NCBI GenBank assembly: GCA_052279835.1
Contig: CP181291.1
Span: forward strand, 1,408,001-1,472,000
Direction: 5' to 3'
DNA length: 64,000 bases
Source of the DNA: Microcoleus sp.
GTDB lineage: Bacteria > Cyanobacteriota > Cyanobacteriia > Cyanobacteriales > Microcoleaceae
Position 1 is the first letter of the stretch. Every line of letters starts with the position of its first letter. A model generated the notes under the pieces. The model had not been told where the DNA came from. It saw only the letters and a program-made list of their open reading frames with translations, and did no database searches. Below, piece after piece: positions 9,099 to 20,202 of this stretch. The position numbers and the translations under genes are program-made.

Positions 9099-10448
9099 GT
9101 GAGTTTTATGGCGCGTCTTACCGATCGAGCTTTTGAAATTTTAAAGTCAGAAGTTGACAAATGTGCAGCGGCTGACGCTATAGCTGGCAATGTCTACAGG
9201 AGTATGGTAATCAAGCAGTTGGAGAAAATGCGATCGGAAAATGGCAGTTTCGCATCCATAGAAGAAATCCGCGCTACTTTCAAAAATGAATTTCCCAACT
9301 TCAGCGAAAAAGCACTCAAAGCCGCCGTCAAAGCCAACAAGCCGCCCGGATTGTTTGGCAAAATTATCTGGGTGGGGGTTTTTTTGGGTGCGGGGGCGGG
9401 GATAATTTGGCTAGCAAACCTGCCTGTGCCGATCATTCGCAAGCCTATAGCAGATAAATTGCCCATATTGTTAATGCCGAGTTTTAGCAGCATGGATTAC
9501 AATTATCGGCAGGCGATCGCCCTCGTGGAACAATCGGATCAATTGGTAAATAAGGCAACTGCTGTGGCTGATTTCGACTTGGGCGACACCAAAGCAAAAC
9601 AAGCGCAAAAACACCTCGATGCCTTGCCGGTTTGGTTTTTAGGTTATTATCCAGAAACCTACTGCTCTTTTTTTGGCTGTACTTGGCGCTTTAGTGTTGA
9701 TGAATTTCAAGCAGCCCGCAAAAGTATCGGGCGTATGGAAGCCCAGATTTTCCAACAAAAAAATGCTTTTACTCAGCTTGGGGAAGTGGAACAAAACCTG
9801 AATACGGCAAAACAGCAGTACCAGCAAGCCAAAAATGCGGCAGATAGACAAAAAGCTAGCATAAATTGGCAAAGTGCGATCGACCAACTCAATCAAATTC
9901 CCGCAGAAACCCTAGCCGGAGAAACTGCTAGGAAAAAACTGCAAGCAGCAGAGAGAGATTTTCAAGCAATGGGCGGTGTCGCTACCGGTTCAGTACGCGC
10001 GGACAACTTAATCGAAGCAGCAAAAGAATTTGCCTTGAGTGCCGCTGTAGCATCGCAGAAACCGCCACATTCAGCCGAAACTTGGCAAAAAATAGCTGAT
10101 TTGTGGCAACAATCTATTGAACGACTCAGCCAAATTCCCTTTGATAATCCGGGCTATCTTGATGCTCAAACAAAACTAGCTGAATATCAAAATAATTTAG
10201 GCACTACACAGATTCGACTTCAAGCTGAAAAAGAGTCAGTGGAAGCTTTAAATCAGGCTAAAAACTTGTTTGCTAAGTTCCAAACTAACCTAAATTCTAT
10301 TAATCAAAATCCTGGTTACGCCCTGGGTTACTTGCAGGAAATTATCAACACTTTAGAATCTGTAAAACCGGGAACGACTGTTTATCCAGAAGCCCAAAAA
10401 TGGCTGCAATCAGCTCGCAAAAAACAGAAAGAATGGCAACAAAAATAA
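9099..10448 (+). CDS. Conserved membrane-anchored helical (TPR-like) hypothetical protein
   Basis: 449-aa ORF with one hydrophobic segment (IIWVGVFLGAGAGIIWL) followed by A/Q/K-rich helical repeats. The true start may be the ATG at 9108. Confidence 0.7.
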   Translation: MSFMARLTDRAFEILKSEVDKCAAADAIAGNVYRSMVIKQLEKMRSENGSFASIEEIRATFKNEFPNFSEKALKAAVKANKPPGLFGKIIWVGVFLGAGAGIIWLANLPVPIIRKPIADKLPILLMPSFSSMDYNYRQAIALVEQSDQLVNKATAVADFDLGDTKAKQAQKHLDALPVWFLGYYPETYCSFFGCTWRFSVDEFQAARKSIGRMEAQIFQQKNAFTQLGEVEQNLNTAKQQYQQAKNAADRQKASINWQSAIDQLNQIPAETLAGETARKKLQAAERDFQAMGGVATGSVRADNLIEAAKEFALSAAVASQKPPHSAETWQKIADLWQQSIERLSQIPFDNPGYLDAQTKLAEYQNNLGTTQIRLQAEKESVEALNQAKNLFAKFQTNLNSINQNPGYALGYLQEIINTLESVKPGTTVYPEAQKWLQSARKKQKEWQQK

Positions 10449-10615
10449 AGCTGGGGAATATTGACTTTTTTCAGAAATGGGATTAGAGTCAGCATATGTA
10501 TTTTTGTTGAGCGATCGCTAAAAATCTTATCAGATAGCGCGATCGCTTTTACTTTTGGCGATCGGAGCCGAGAATGAAACAGCCCTGCCCCTTGGGAGGG
10601 CAGGGGGGCTTGCCC

Positions 10616-10702
10616 GATGCCCTCCCTCATTCCCCCCTAGGGGCGATGCCCTCCCTCATTCCCCCCTAGGGGCGATGCCCTCCCTCATTCCCCCCTAGGG
10701 GG
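10616..10702. repeat. Three tandem copies of a 29-bp GC-rich unit
   Basis: GATGCCCTCCCTCATTCCCCCCTAGGGGC at 10616, 10645 and 10674. Confidence 0.9.
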
Positions 10703-10750
10703 GGGCAGGGGGGGGTTGCCCGACTCCCGATGTCCTATTACCTATTACCA

Positions 10751-11587
10751 ATGAAAGACTTAACTCGTAGACAATTTATCGCTGTCACTGCCTTAAGCGC
10801 CGGATTTGCCCTAGCAGTTCATCCTATTGCTGCGGCCGTTATCACCACTGATGCTAGCGGTTTAATCGCAGGTGAAGTCAAGATTCCCGTCAAAGATGGC
10901 GAAATTCCAGCCTACAGAGCAATGCCTGCTAATGGTAGCAATTTTCCCGTGGTAATCGTGATTCAGGAAATCTTCGGAGTTCATGCTCATATTCAAGACA
11001 TTTGTCGCCGTTTTGCTAAATTAGGTTATTTAGCGATCGCCCCAGAAATGTTTGCCCGTCAAGGTGATGTTTCTAAAATGACCGACATTCAAGAAATCAT
11101 CAGCAAAGTAGTTTCTAAAGTCCCCGATGCTCAAGTTATGTCGGATTTGGATGCTACGGTAGATTGGGCACAAAAGTCAGGAAAAGGCAATATTAATAAG
11201 TTGGGAATTACAGGATTTTGCTGGGGAGGCAGAATAGTATGGCTCTACGCCGCCCACAACCCGAAAGTTAAAGCGGGAGTGGCTTGGTACGGGCGTGTGG
11301 TTGGCGATTCTACGGCTTTGACTCCAAAACAGCCGATCGACATTGCACCAACTTTGAAAGTGCCAGTATTGGGGCTTTACGGTGCCAAAGACGACTCAAT
11401 TCCCACCGATACAGTGGAGAAAATGCGCCAAGTTCTCAAAACAGGCAGTAGCGGTTCAGAAATTGTGATTTATCCAGATACACCCCACGGATTTAACGCC
11501 GACTATCGCCCCACTTACCGCGAAAAAGAAGCTAAGGATGGTTGGAAGCGGCTGCAAGATTGGTTTAAGAAGTCGGGGGCTGCATAA
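10751..11587 (+). CDS. Dienelactone hydrolase family protein with Tat-like leader
   Basis: QEIFG, GFCWGG nucleophile elbow and HGF motif; N-terminal TRRQF. Confidence 0.93.
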   Translation: MKDLTRRQFIAVTALSAGFALAVHPIAAAVITTDASGLIAGEVKIPVKDGEIPAYRAMPANGSNFPVVIVIQEIFGVHAHIQDICRRFAKLGYLAIAPEMFARQGDVSKMTDIQEIISKVVSKVPDAQVMSDLDATVDWAQKSGKGNINKLGITGFCWGGRIVWLYAAHNPKVKAGVAWYGRVVGDSTALTPKQPIDIAPTLKVPVLGLYGAKDDSIPTDTVEKMRQVLKTGSSGSEIVIYPDTPHGFNADYRPTYREKEAKDGWKRLQDWFKKSGAA

Positions 11588-11654
11588 GAGTTTTTAGTAG
11601 TGAGTTGTGAGTGGCAGTTTAAAATTATCTTCGTCCCTCCCAACTCACTCCAAA

Positions 11655-12860
11655 TCAAGCAATTTCTGGCTGAAACCTTTGATGGGATTTAGCTTTGATG
11701 CTGAAGAACAAAACACTAATCAAAAGTATCAAAACCACAATCGTTCTCCAGTGAACTAAAAAAGGCAGACCCGCAGCCAAAAATATGCGTCTCGGAAAAA
11801 ACAGCAGAAAGACTAGACCTATCATGCCGAGATAAGCTTTTTGATTTCCATAGCAATACAGCCACAGAGATGTGAGTATGGGGAGCAAACCAACGTAATC
11901 GTAAACATGAGTATACCCTAAAAATGTAAACGATATACCCATCAGTACAGCAAAGATATCTTCTCGGTTGATTTTATTGCGGAATACCCACAACAAAGCA
12001 GTTAAAATCAACCCCAAAATCTTGATTCCTGGTAAATTCCAGCCAAAAAAAGCCAACAGACTTTCCATACCGACTTTATCTTGAAACCCCGGCTTATTGA
12101 AAGTTACAACTAGGTAACTATCTTGAATTCCTTGATGCCATGCTTCTAAGGTGCCAATTGGTCCGCCGTAGAATACCAAGGGATAAGCACTCATAACTAC
12201 CACGGTTAGCAGGGATACAGCTAATATTTTCCAGTTGCGTTCTAACAAAAACCAAAAACCTAGCAATAAGCAGATTTGTGGCTTAAAGCTAGCTAAACCC
12301 AAACAGATCCCCGCTAATACATCTTTTTGTCTTTGGCTGAAAAACCAAGCACCCATGGTAGCAGCAAAAGATATCAAAGAAGTTTGACCCATCCACACCA
12401 CATGAGTGGTGAATGGGTTGCCAATAATGATGGCAGCCATTACCCAACGGCCGAGTTGATGTCCACGATGATTTGGCAATCTATTTATCGTCTCCAGTGT
12501 CATCACCACGATAGCTGCGATCGAGATCAAGTTGAGTCCTACCCAGACGAACTTGGCAACTGAGTAATCAAAAAGACCTACAAACAGACAAAATATTGCG
12601 GCTTGAGGAGGATAAAAGAAACCGCCATCCTCAAAGCCAGGAATTTCCTTGATTCCGGCTACACTTTTATTCAAAAGATCGAGCTTGTAGGGATTCAAAC
12701 CCATCAACCAAGCACGTCCAGCAGCGTAAATGGTGGCACCGTCAAAATTGAGCGGGCTGTTGATATCTCTGCCAATCCCTATTATCCCAAAACAAATTAG
12801 AGATAATAGGCTTAATCCGACTATACCTAAACCAAAGTTCCGCTTAAATGATTCTGTCAT
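11655..12860 (-). CDS. Glycosyltransferase family 87 (DUF2029-like) membrane protein
   Basis: Multi-pass membrane protein with FFYPP, GQTS, LASFKPQ and H.YD motifs. Confidence 0.8.
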   Translation of the reverse strand: MTESFKRNFGLGIVGLSLLSLICFGIIGIGRDINSPLNFDGATIYAAGRAWLMGLNPYKLDLLNKSVAGIKEIPGFEDGGFFYPPQAAIFCLFVGLFDYSVAKFVWVGLNLISIAAIVVMTLETINRLPNHRGHQLGRWVMAAIIIGNPFTTHVVWMGQTSLISFAATMGAWFFSQRQKDVLAGICLGLASFKPQICLLLGFWFLLERNWKILAVSLLTVVVMSAYPLVFYGGPIGTLEAWHQGIQDSYLVVTFNKPGFQDKVGMESLLAFFGWNLPGIKILGLILTALLWVFRNKINREDIFAVLMGISFTFLGYTHVYDYVGLLPILTSLWLYCYGNQKAYLGMIGLVFLLFFPRRIFLAAGLPFLVHWRTIVVLILLISVLFFSIKAKSHQRFQPEIA

Positions 12861-13142
12861 CAGCCTATCTCCGAATTGGTTTAAAGTTTGAAAATGGAAA
12901 AAAAACTACAAATTTTAAGGTGATAATCTTGCAATTAAGTATATACTTAGGTTCATGTGTTATGCAAATTAACGAAAGTTAATCAAATAAATAGGGATGT
13001 AACAGCAAATTTTGTATCAAAAAAAGCAATATTGGCAGTCTCAGCATTCGTGTCGCTCCGATCGTCCCTGAGACAGTTGGTTTGTTGGGTCTCCAAAAGT
13101 TAAACTTGGCGGTGTAGAGTTATCGATCGAACAGGTAAGCCC

Positions 13143-13625
13143 GTGCTAGACGAACAAGCGAAAAAGACCATCCTCCGCAAAATCCCTCATGGACTATACA
13201 TCTGCGGTGTCAAAGACGGTGAAGAAGTCAACGGCTTCACCGCTAGCTGGGTGATGCAATCTTCCTTTACTCCTCCCTTAGTGGTGAACTGCGTCAAGCA
13301 AGACTCCAAATCCCACGCCATGATTAAAGCTAGCGGTGTCTTTGCTTTGAGTTTCCTGGAAGCAGGACAAAAAGAGTTAGCCCAAAAATTCTTTAAGCCC
13401 CAGCGCCGGGTAGGCAATAAATTTGAGGATGTAGAATTTTATGCCGGGGCCGAAACTGGTTGTCCGATTATTTCGGATTCTCTGGGTTATCTGGAGTGCA
13501 AGGTTGTCGGCGCTGTGGAACACGGCGATCATACGGTGTATGTCGGTGAAGTTGTGGCTGCGGGCGTTCACCGGGAGGGCGAACCCTTGCTGCTAGAAAG
13601 CACTGGCTGGAATTACGGCGGCTAG
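13143..13625 (+). CDS. Flavin reductase family protein
   Basis: GFTASWVMQSSFTPPLV and GDHTVYVGEV motifs. Confidence 0.92.
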   Translation: MLDEQAKKTILRKIPHGLYICGVKDGEEVNGFTASWVMQSSFTPPLVVNCVKQDSKSHAMIKASGVFALSFLEAGQKELAQKFFKPQRRVGNKFEDVEFYAGAETGCPIISDSLGYLECKVVGAVEHGDHTVYVGEVVAAGVHREGEPLLLESTGWNYGG

Positions 13626-13628
13626 AAA

Positions 13629-13857
13629 GTTGACAATTGGCAATTGACAATTGGCAATTGCCAGTTGTCAGTTGTCAGTTGTCAGTTGTTAGTTGTCAGT
13701 TGTCAGTTGTCAGTTGTTAGTTGTCAGTTGTCAGTTGTCAGTTGTCAGTTGTTATTTGTCAGTTGTTAGTTGTTAGTTGTTAGTTGTTATTTGTCAGTTG
13801 TCAGTTGTTAGTTGTTAGTTGTTTGTTGGTTGTTTAGGGTCATTTGTCAGTTGTGAT
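13629..13857. repeat. Heptamer short tandem repeat tract (GTTGTCA/GTTGTTA), STRR-like
   Basis: More than 20 near-perfect 7-mers between convergent genes. Confidence 0.95.
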
Positions 13858-14355
13858 GCGAGTTAAAAGCACTGAAAAATCGGCTACAATTTTGTGGGTA
13901 TTTTTTGGTGTTAATATTGGGACGTGTACGAAAACACATTTGGTGTTGATTTGAGAGTCAGCAAGGTGTTTTAATACTGCATAATAAAGGGCTTCACACA
14001 CAAATTTTCCGGCATTATGACTAATTTTAATATTTGGTAAATCAGCAATTAGATATTCGAGATTAACGGCTGTTTTGAGAATATTTTGGTCGCAGCAAGC
14101 GCAGGATTCTAGGGTTAATGTTTGGGAACTTTCTGCCATGCCACAGCAGACGATTAGATCTGGTTGGAGTTGGTTGATTTTGGCGATCGCCAAATTGGGC
14201 GCTTCCTGGAAATCTACTGGCAGTTTTCTCAAGAAACTCAGGGAGTAAGGCAAAGATTTAATCAGCGAAATTCTGCCTAATAAGTCGTCAGAAGAGTTGG
14301 ATTTTTGATGAGGTTGCCAAGTGTCGAAGGATGTTAGCAAAATTTTGGTATTCAT
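13840..14355 (-). CDS. Pyroglutamyl peptidase I (peptidase C15) family
   Basis: ILLTSF, LE..A, SHNAGKFVCE and FVHVP motifs; start at MNTKILL. Confidence 0.88.
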   Translation of the reverse strand: MNTKILLTSFDTWQPHQKSNSSDDLLGRISLIKSLPYSLSFLRKLPVDFQEAPNLAIAKINQLQPDLIVCCGMAESSQTLTLESCACCDQNILKTAVNLEYLIADLPNIKISHNAGKFVCEALYYAVLKHLADSQINTKCVFVHVPILTPKNTHKIVADFSVLLTRITTDK

Positions 14356-14405
14356 CAATAATTTTGGTAAGATAGTTCCATTGATAATATAAGGCAAGTA
14401 AGTCA

Positions 14406-15038
14406 ATGTCTGTCATTGCAGTAGTGGACTATGACATGGGCAATCTGCACTCGGTCTGTAAAGGCTTGGAAAATGTGGGTGCAGTGCCAAAAATTACGGA
14501 CGATCCGGCGATGATTGACCAGGCTGATGCCGTAGTTTTACCGGGTGTGGGTTCCTTCGATCCGGCAATGCAGAATTTAAGAACCCGCGGATTGATAGAA
14601 CCGATAATCAGTGCGATCGCATCGGGAAAACCTTTTTTAGGCATCTGTTTGGGTTTGCAAATCCTGTTTGAAAGTTCCGAAGAAGGTGTAGAACCGGGAT
14701 TGGGAGTGATTTCGGGAACTGTGCGACGGTTTCGTTCTGAGCCTGGGTTGACAATTCCGCACATGGGATGGAATCAATTGCAATTTGCTCAGGATTTGTC
14801 GCTGTGGCAAAATTTGCCTGCTGAACCTTGGGTTTATTTTGTGCATTCTTATTATGTCGATCCAGTCGATCCGAAAGTGCGATCGGCAATGGTGACTCAT
14901 GGTAGTCAAAATGTGACGGCGGCGATCGCCAAAGATAATCTGATGGCTGTACAATTTCACCCCGAAAAGTCTTCGAGTACGGGATTGCAAATGTTGTCAA
15001 ATTTTGTGATGCAGGTGAGGGAAAAAGTAGCTGCTTAA
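14406..15038 (+). CDS. hisH: Imidazole glycerol phosphate synthase glutaminase subunit
   Basis: DYDMGNL, LPGVG, GICLG, PHMGWN, YFVHSY and QFHPEKS motifs. Confidence 0.97.
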   Translation: MSVIAVVDYDMGNLHSVCKGLENVGAVPKITDDPAMIDQADAVVLPGVGSFDPAMQNLRTRGLIEPIISAIASGKPFLGICLGLQILFESSEEGVEPGLGVISGTVRRFRSEPGLTIPHMGWNQLQFAQDLSLWQNLPAEPWVYFVHSYYVDPVDPKVRSAMVTHGSQNVTAAIAKDNLMAVQFHPEKSSSTGLQMLSNFVMQVREKVAA

Positions 15039-15047
15039 AGTCGATGA

Positions 15048-15078
15048 AAAACCCGGTTTCTTCAAGAAACCGGGTTTT
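15048..15078. terminator. Hairpin made of back-to-back AGAAACCGGG arms between convergent genes; probable bidirectional terminator
   Basis: AAAACCCGGTTTCT-TCA-AGAAACCGGGTTTT. Confidence 0.65.
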
Positions 15079-15110
15079 GAGGAAAGCTGTACATTCTGAA
15101 GAATGGGAGT

Positions 15111-17328
15111 CTATAGTGACCGGGGGTGTCCATTTAGACATTTTAAAATCACTATCGATCGCGCTGTCACAGGAATCTTTTTCCGTTTTGTATAAATTAT
15201 CCTTTTAGATTCCACAAATTTCGGTTCGGCGGTGTCTAGAACGGCAATCCACTGCAAGCCCTGAAACCGAGGGGGAATCACGAAATCGATCGCCTCCCAG
15301 TGAGCATTGAAAAACAGCAGAAAACTATCATCAATAATCCGTTCGCCACGAGCATTTGGGGAGGCAATCTCTTCACCATTGAGGAAAATTCCGATCGCTT
15401 TGGCATACCCTACTTTCCACTGTTCATCAGTCATTTCCCCGCCGTCGGGGTTGAACCAGGTAATATCGCTAACTTGGGAACCGTGAATCGCACGTCCTTG
15501 GAACCACTTACGGCGACGAAATATGGGATGTTCGCGCCGCAAGCGGGTTAACTGGCGCGTAAATTCGAGCAAGTCAGCATTTTTGTGCTGCAATCCCCAA
15601 TCCACCCAAGAGATTTCGTTATCCTGACAATAGGCGTTGTTATTGCCGCCTTGACTTCGCCCCATTTCATCTCCAGCCACCAGCATCGGAACACCTTGAG
15701 ACAGCAGTAACGAAGTCAAGAAATTGCGCTGTTGGCGTTCTCGCAGCAACTGGACTTGGGGATCGTCGGTGTCGCCATCCCCAGCACAGGGGTCAAAACA
15801 GGGTGCAGATGCTCCTGGTTCTAGGGCTTGGGTTGCTGCAAGTTCGATCGCCGTGCAGTTCCAGGATCGATTGTAGTTTTCCCCATCGCGACTGTTTTCG
15901 CCATTGGCTTCGTTATGTTTCAGGTTGTAACTGACGAGATCCTTGAGCGTAAATCCATCGTGGGCGGTGATAAAGTTGATACTGGCATGGGGTCGCCGTC
16001 CGTTACTTTCGTAGAGGTCGGAACTCCCAGTAAAGCTATAGGCAAACTGAGACAGAGTTTCGTTGGTTCCCCGCCAAAAGTCCCGCATGGTATCGCGGTA
16101 GCGGCCGTTCCATTCCGACCACAGCAAGGGGAATTGGCCAACTTGATAGCCACCTTCGCCGATATCCCAGGGTTCAGCGATTAACTTGACCTCGCACAAA
16201 ACGGGGGTCTTGGTGGATGATGTCAAAAAAGGCGGCAAAGGTATCGACGCGATCGGTTTCCCGCGCTAAAACCGTCGCCAAATCGAAGCGGAACCCATCG
16301 ACGTGCATCTCCAACACCCAATAGCGCAAGCTATCCATAATCAGCTTCAACACTTGGGGATGGCAGACATTCAGAGAGTTGCCACAGCCGCTGTAATCCA
16401 TATAGTAGCGGGGAGCGCCTTCGACGAGGCGGTAGTAAGCGGCATTGTCAAGGCCACGAAATGAGAGGGTTGGGCCCATGTGGTTGCCCTCTCCTGTGTG
16501 GTTGTAGACCACATCGATAATCACCTCAATTCCAGCAGCGTGTAAGGCTTTGACCATCTCCTTAAACTCATTCACCTGTTGACCGGTGTTGCCACTGGCA
16601 CTGTAGCCGGAGTAAGGCGCGAGATAGTTGATCGAATCGTAGCCCCAGTAGTTTCGCAATCCCTTGGCATCCAGAAAGCCGGGACAGCCGATGAAGTGAT
16701 GGACGGGGAGGAGTTCGACGGCAGTAATCCCCAAGGATTTGAGATGGTCTATGGCGGCGGGATGGGCGAGTCCGGCGTAGGTTCCCCGCAGGGCTTCAGG
16801 AATGTCGGGATGGAGTTTGGTAAAGCCTTTGACGTGCATCTCGTAGATGACTGTTTTGTGCCAAGGGAGTTGGGGGTGAGTGTCACCTTCCCAATCAAAG
16901 GATTCATCGATGACAACAGCTTTGGGGACTAAGTGAGAATCGTCTAAGGCGCTATAGGATAGGTCTTCCTTTTCGTCGTCCCAGTCATAGCCGAAGATTT
17001 CCCGTCCGTGAACCACGTCTCCTGCGATCGCTTTAGCGTAGGGGTCGATCGACAGTTTGGCAGGATTGAAGCGATGTCCCGCTAAGGGGTCGTAGGGACC
17101 GTGGACGCGAAACCCGTACAATTGACCGGGTTGGATGCCAGGAACATAGCCGTGCCAGATGAAATTATAGACTTCAGTCAGTGGCAGTCGAGTTTCCCAA
17201 CCTTGTTCATCGAACAAGCACAATTCAACCCCTGTGGCATTTTCTGAAAACAGGCCAAAATTTGTGCCTTCGCCATCCCATTTTGAACCCAAGGGATAGG
17301 GTTTTCCGGGCCAAAGTTTTAAATCCAT
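15111..17328 (-). pseudogene. glgX: Glycogen debranching enzyme split by a +1 frameshift (real lesion or sequencing error)
   Basis: The N-half has NYWGY, DVVYNHT and DGFRFDLA. The C-half has [17 protein letters not shown] and NNAYCQDN. Removing one base from the G5 run at 16203-16207 restores [15 protein letters not shown]. Confidence 0.9.
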
Positions 17329-17812
17329 AGAATCCAAATCGTAATCCTCTGATACCACAATTAGAGCAATCTTGAGATGTGTAGTTGGGCGAAACGGCTG
17401 CAACTGCCCGATCCCAGATTTGTGCGTAGTAGTCCAGCTCTAGAGTGAATTTATATTTACTAGCATCATATCACTAACCTCCCGATGTTTACCTCGATCG
17501 CTCAAGGGTGCAACTGCATGAATCTCAGACTTGTCACCAGTTCAGATGAGACTCTCAAAATGTTTTGGGTGCGCTCAAATCAAATCAGCCAACCCATCCG
17601 CCAGCAGCATATCCCAAAATCTCTACCCCTATAATGCCATGAATTTTTGCAGGTTTTTCGCGGAGATTATTGCTTGATGATTCTTGTTTTTGCCTCAAAA
17701 ACTAGCGGAATATAGTTGAGATTCAACGCTTATGTGCTATAATTAAACTTACATTCAAACTTCTGTTTTCCCATCTAAAAAAACAGAATCTACTTTAAGA
17801 TCGGAATTTTAA

Positions 17813-18355
17813 ATGAGCTTGAGAATCTGTGGCAATCGCCAACTAAAAACCCTGCCCGGACTCGCAACTCGGCCCACACCTGCGCGAGTCAGAGAAGCTT
17901 TATTTAATATTTGGCAAGGGACGATCGCCGATTGCAGATGGCTTGACATTTGTACGGGTAGTGGCTCCATGGGTGCAGAAGCTTTGTGTCGCGGGGCTTT
18001 GAGTGTCACTGGGATTGAACAGTCGGCGAAAGCTTGTGCCATTATTCAGCAAAATTGGCAGCAAGTGGCAAAGTCATCCCAAGAATTTCACATCTTGCGG
18101 GGAAGTGCGACTGCGAAATTGGCGACTCTAGCCCGACAGCAGTTCGATCGCATTTACTTCGATCCGCCCTACGCCAGCAACTTGTACGAGCCTGTCTTGA
18201 ATGCGATCGCCAGCCAAGAAATGTTAGCACCCCATGGTGAAATAGCGATCGAACACAGTCGCCAGCGCGAGGCTGTCCCCATTTCCGGCCTCGAAATTTG
18301 TCGCCAAAAATTCTACGGCAATACAGCCTTAACCTTCTACACTCGCAGTTGTTGA
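17813..18355 (+). CDS. rsmD: 16S rRNA m2G966 methyltransferase
   Basis: TRPT..RVREALFN, GSGSMGAEALCRGA and FDPPY motifs. Confidence 0.93.
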   Translation: MSLRICGNRQLKTLPGLATRPTPARVREALFNIWQGTIADCRWLDICTGSGSMGAEALCRGALSVTGIEQSAKACAIIQQNWQQVAKSSQEFHILRGSATAKLATLARQQFDRIYFDPPYASNLYEPVLNAIASQEMLAPHGEIAIEHSRQREAVPISGLEICRQKFYGNTALTFYTRSC

Positions 18356-18611
18356 GCCATGCCAATGGTGACTGTTAGTCCGGCGACACCGCCTCCTGCA
18401 ACTAAACTGGTATCCTAGAACCGGCCGAGCAACCTGAAAGTTTAATTAGATGGCGTATATTCACAGATAATCAAACTTTTGTCAGGGTAGTCTTAAGTCT
18501 CAGGTTGCTGGAGCTATTCCAGAAATAAATCGACTTAACGCTGAAAAAACAGACTTTCAGTTGTACCATAAACTGCAAAGTGTGAGTGTGAATATTCCTA
18601 AAGGAGTGAAT

Positions 18612-20075
18612 ATGGTTCAGACACCTTCGCGCCATCGTGGCAGCGAATTTCAGGCTGCTAACTCAGTACAGCCAGCCAAACGCCCAGACACTATTTTGGT
18701 GGGAAACAACCTCCCCCTGCCAAATACCAAACTGTTCGGCACAGACGGCATTCGTGGCAAAGTAGGAGAATTGCTGAATGCACCGCTAGCAATGCAAATT
18801 GGCTTCTGGGCAGGACAAGTTTTACGCCAAAATTCCCCCAACCAAGGCCCGGTGATTTTGGGCCAAGACAGCAGAAATTCCAGCGATATGCTGGCAATGG
18901 CACTGTCGGCGGGTTTGACAGCCGCTGGTTTAGAAGTCTGGAATTTGGGCCTGTGCCCTACTCCCTGCGTTGCCTATCTGGCAAGTGTTACCGAGTCGAT
19001 GGGCGGAGTGATGATTTCCGCTTCCCACAATCCCCCAGAAGATAACGGTATTAAGTTTTTCGGTGCCAATGGCACGAAGCTGTCTCAGCAGTTGCAAGAA
19101 CAAATCGAAGCGGGCATCCGAGGGGCCAAGGTTCCCATTGCTAGCTTGACTTCCGGCTATCACCACCACCGCCCAGAGTTAGTTAAAGATTATGCCACTT
19201 CCCTGGAAGGTTCACTGCAAGGAGTGAATTTGCGCGGAATGCGGATCGTGTTGGATTTGGCTTGGGGGGCCGCGGCGCGCTTGGGTGAGGCGGTGTTCGC
19301 GCAAATGGGGGCCGATGTTATCTGTTTACACAACTCTCCTGATGGCGATCGCATTAATGTTAACTGCGGTTCTACTCATCTCGACAGTTTGCAAGCTGCT
19401 GTTTTAGAACACAATGCTGATTTGGGATTTGCTTTTGATGGCGATGCCGATCGAGTTTTGGGTGTTGACAACCAAGGTCGATCGATTGATGGCGATTACA
19501 TTCTTTATCTCTGGGGCAAGAATTTGTGGCAGCGCGAACAATTGCCAGAAAATTTAATTATTTCTACTGTAATGGCTAACCTCGGCTTTGAGAGAGCTTG
19601 GGAAGAATTGGGGGGCAAATTAATTAGAACTGCGGTGGGAGATCAGCACGTTCATGCTGAAATGGAGCGCACCGGTGCGATGTTGGGCGGCGAACAGTCG
19701 GGACACATTCTTTGCCCTCATTACGGTATTGGCGGCGATGGTTTGTTAACTGCTTTGCACATGGCTTCCCTGGTGCGGGAGTCTGGGGAATCCTTGGCAC
19801 AATTGGTGGATGGCAGCTTTGAAACTTATCCCCAATTGTTGCGCAATGTCCGTGTGGACGATCGGGAAAAACGCCTGAAATGGCAGGAATGCGAGGCTTT
19901 GCAAGGAGCGATCGCCCGTGCTAAAACTGCAATGGGAGAAGAAGGACGGGTGCTCGTCCGCGCTTCTGGCACTGAACCTTTGATCCGAGTCATGGTGGAA
20001 GCTTCCAGCGCAGAATTGGCTAATTTTTGGACTGAAAATTTAGTTTTAGCAGTTCAGAAATACCACACTATTTGA
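18612..20075 (+). CDS. glmM: Phosphoglucosamine mutase
   Basis: [29 protein letters not shown] and RASGTEP motifs; start placed at the ATG after AAGGAG. Confidence 0.95.
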   Translation: MVQTPSRHRGSEFQAANSVQPAKRPDTILVGNNLPLPNTKLFGTDGIRGKVGELLNAPLAMQIGFWAGQVLRQNSPNQGPVILGQDSRNSSDMLAMALSAGLTAAGLEVWNLGLCPTPCVAYLASVTESMGGVMISASHNPPEDNGIKFFGANGTKLSQQLQEQIEAGIRGAKVPIASLTSGYHHHRPELVKDYATSLEGSLQGVNLRGMRIVLDLAWGAAARLGEAVFAQMGADVICLHNSPDGDRINVNCGSTHLDSLQAAVLEHNADLGFAFDGDADRVLGVDNQGRSIDGDYILYLWGKNLWQREQLPENLIISTVMANLGFERAWEELGGKLIRTAVGDQHVHAEMERTGAMLGGEQSGHILCPHYGIGGDGLLTALHMASLVRESGESLAQLVDGSFETYPQLLRNVRVDDREKRLKWQECEALQGAIARAKTAMGEEGRVLVRASGTEPLIRVMVEASSAELANFWTENLVLAVQKYHTI

Positions 20076-20202
20076 TGAAAATTGGGCATGGGGAATAGGG
20101 CATGGGGAATTGGTAATTGCTAATAATGTTCCTCTTCCCAGTGTACTTTCCCCATTTCTGATTTACATCAAATCGGTTAAATGATTCATAAAAAAACTTA
20201 AA

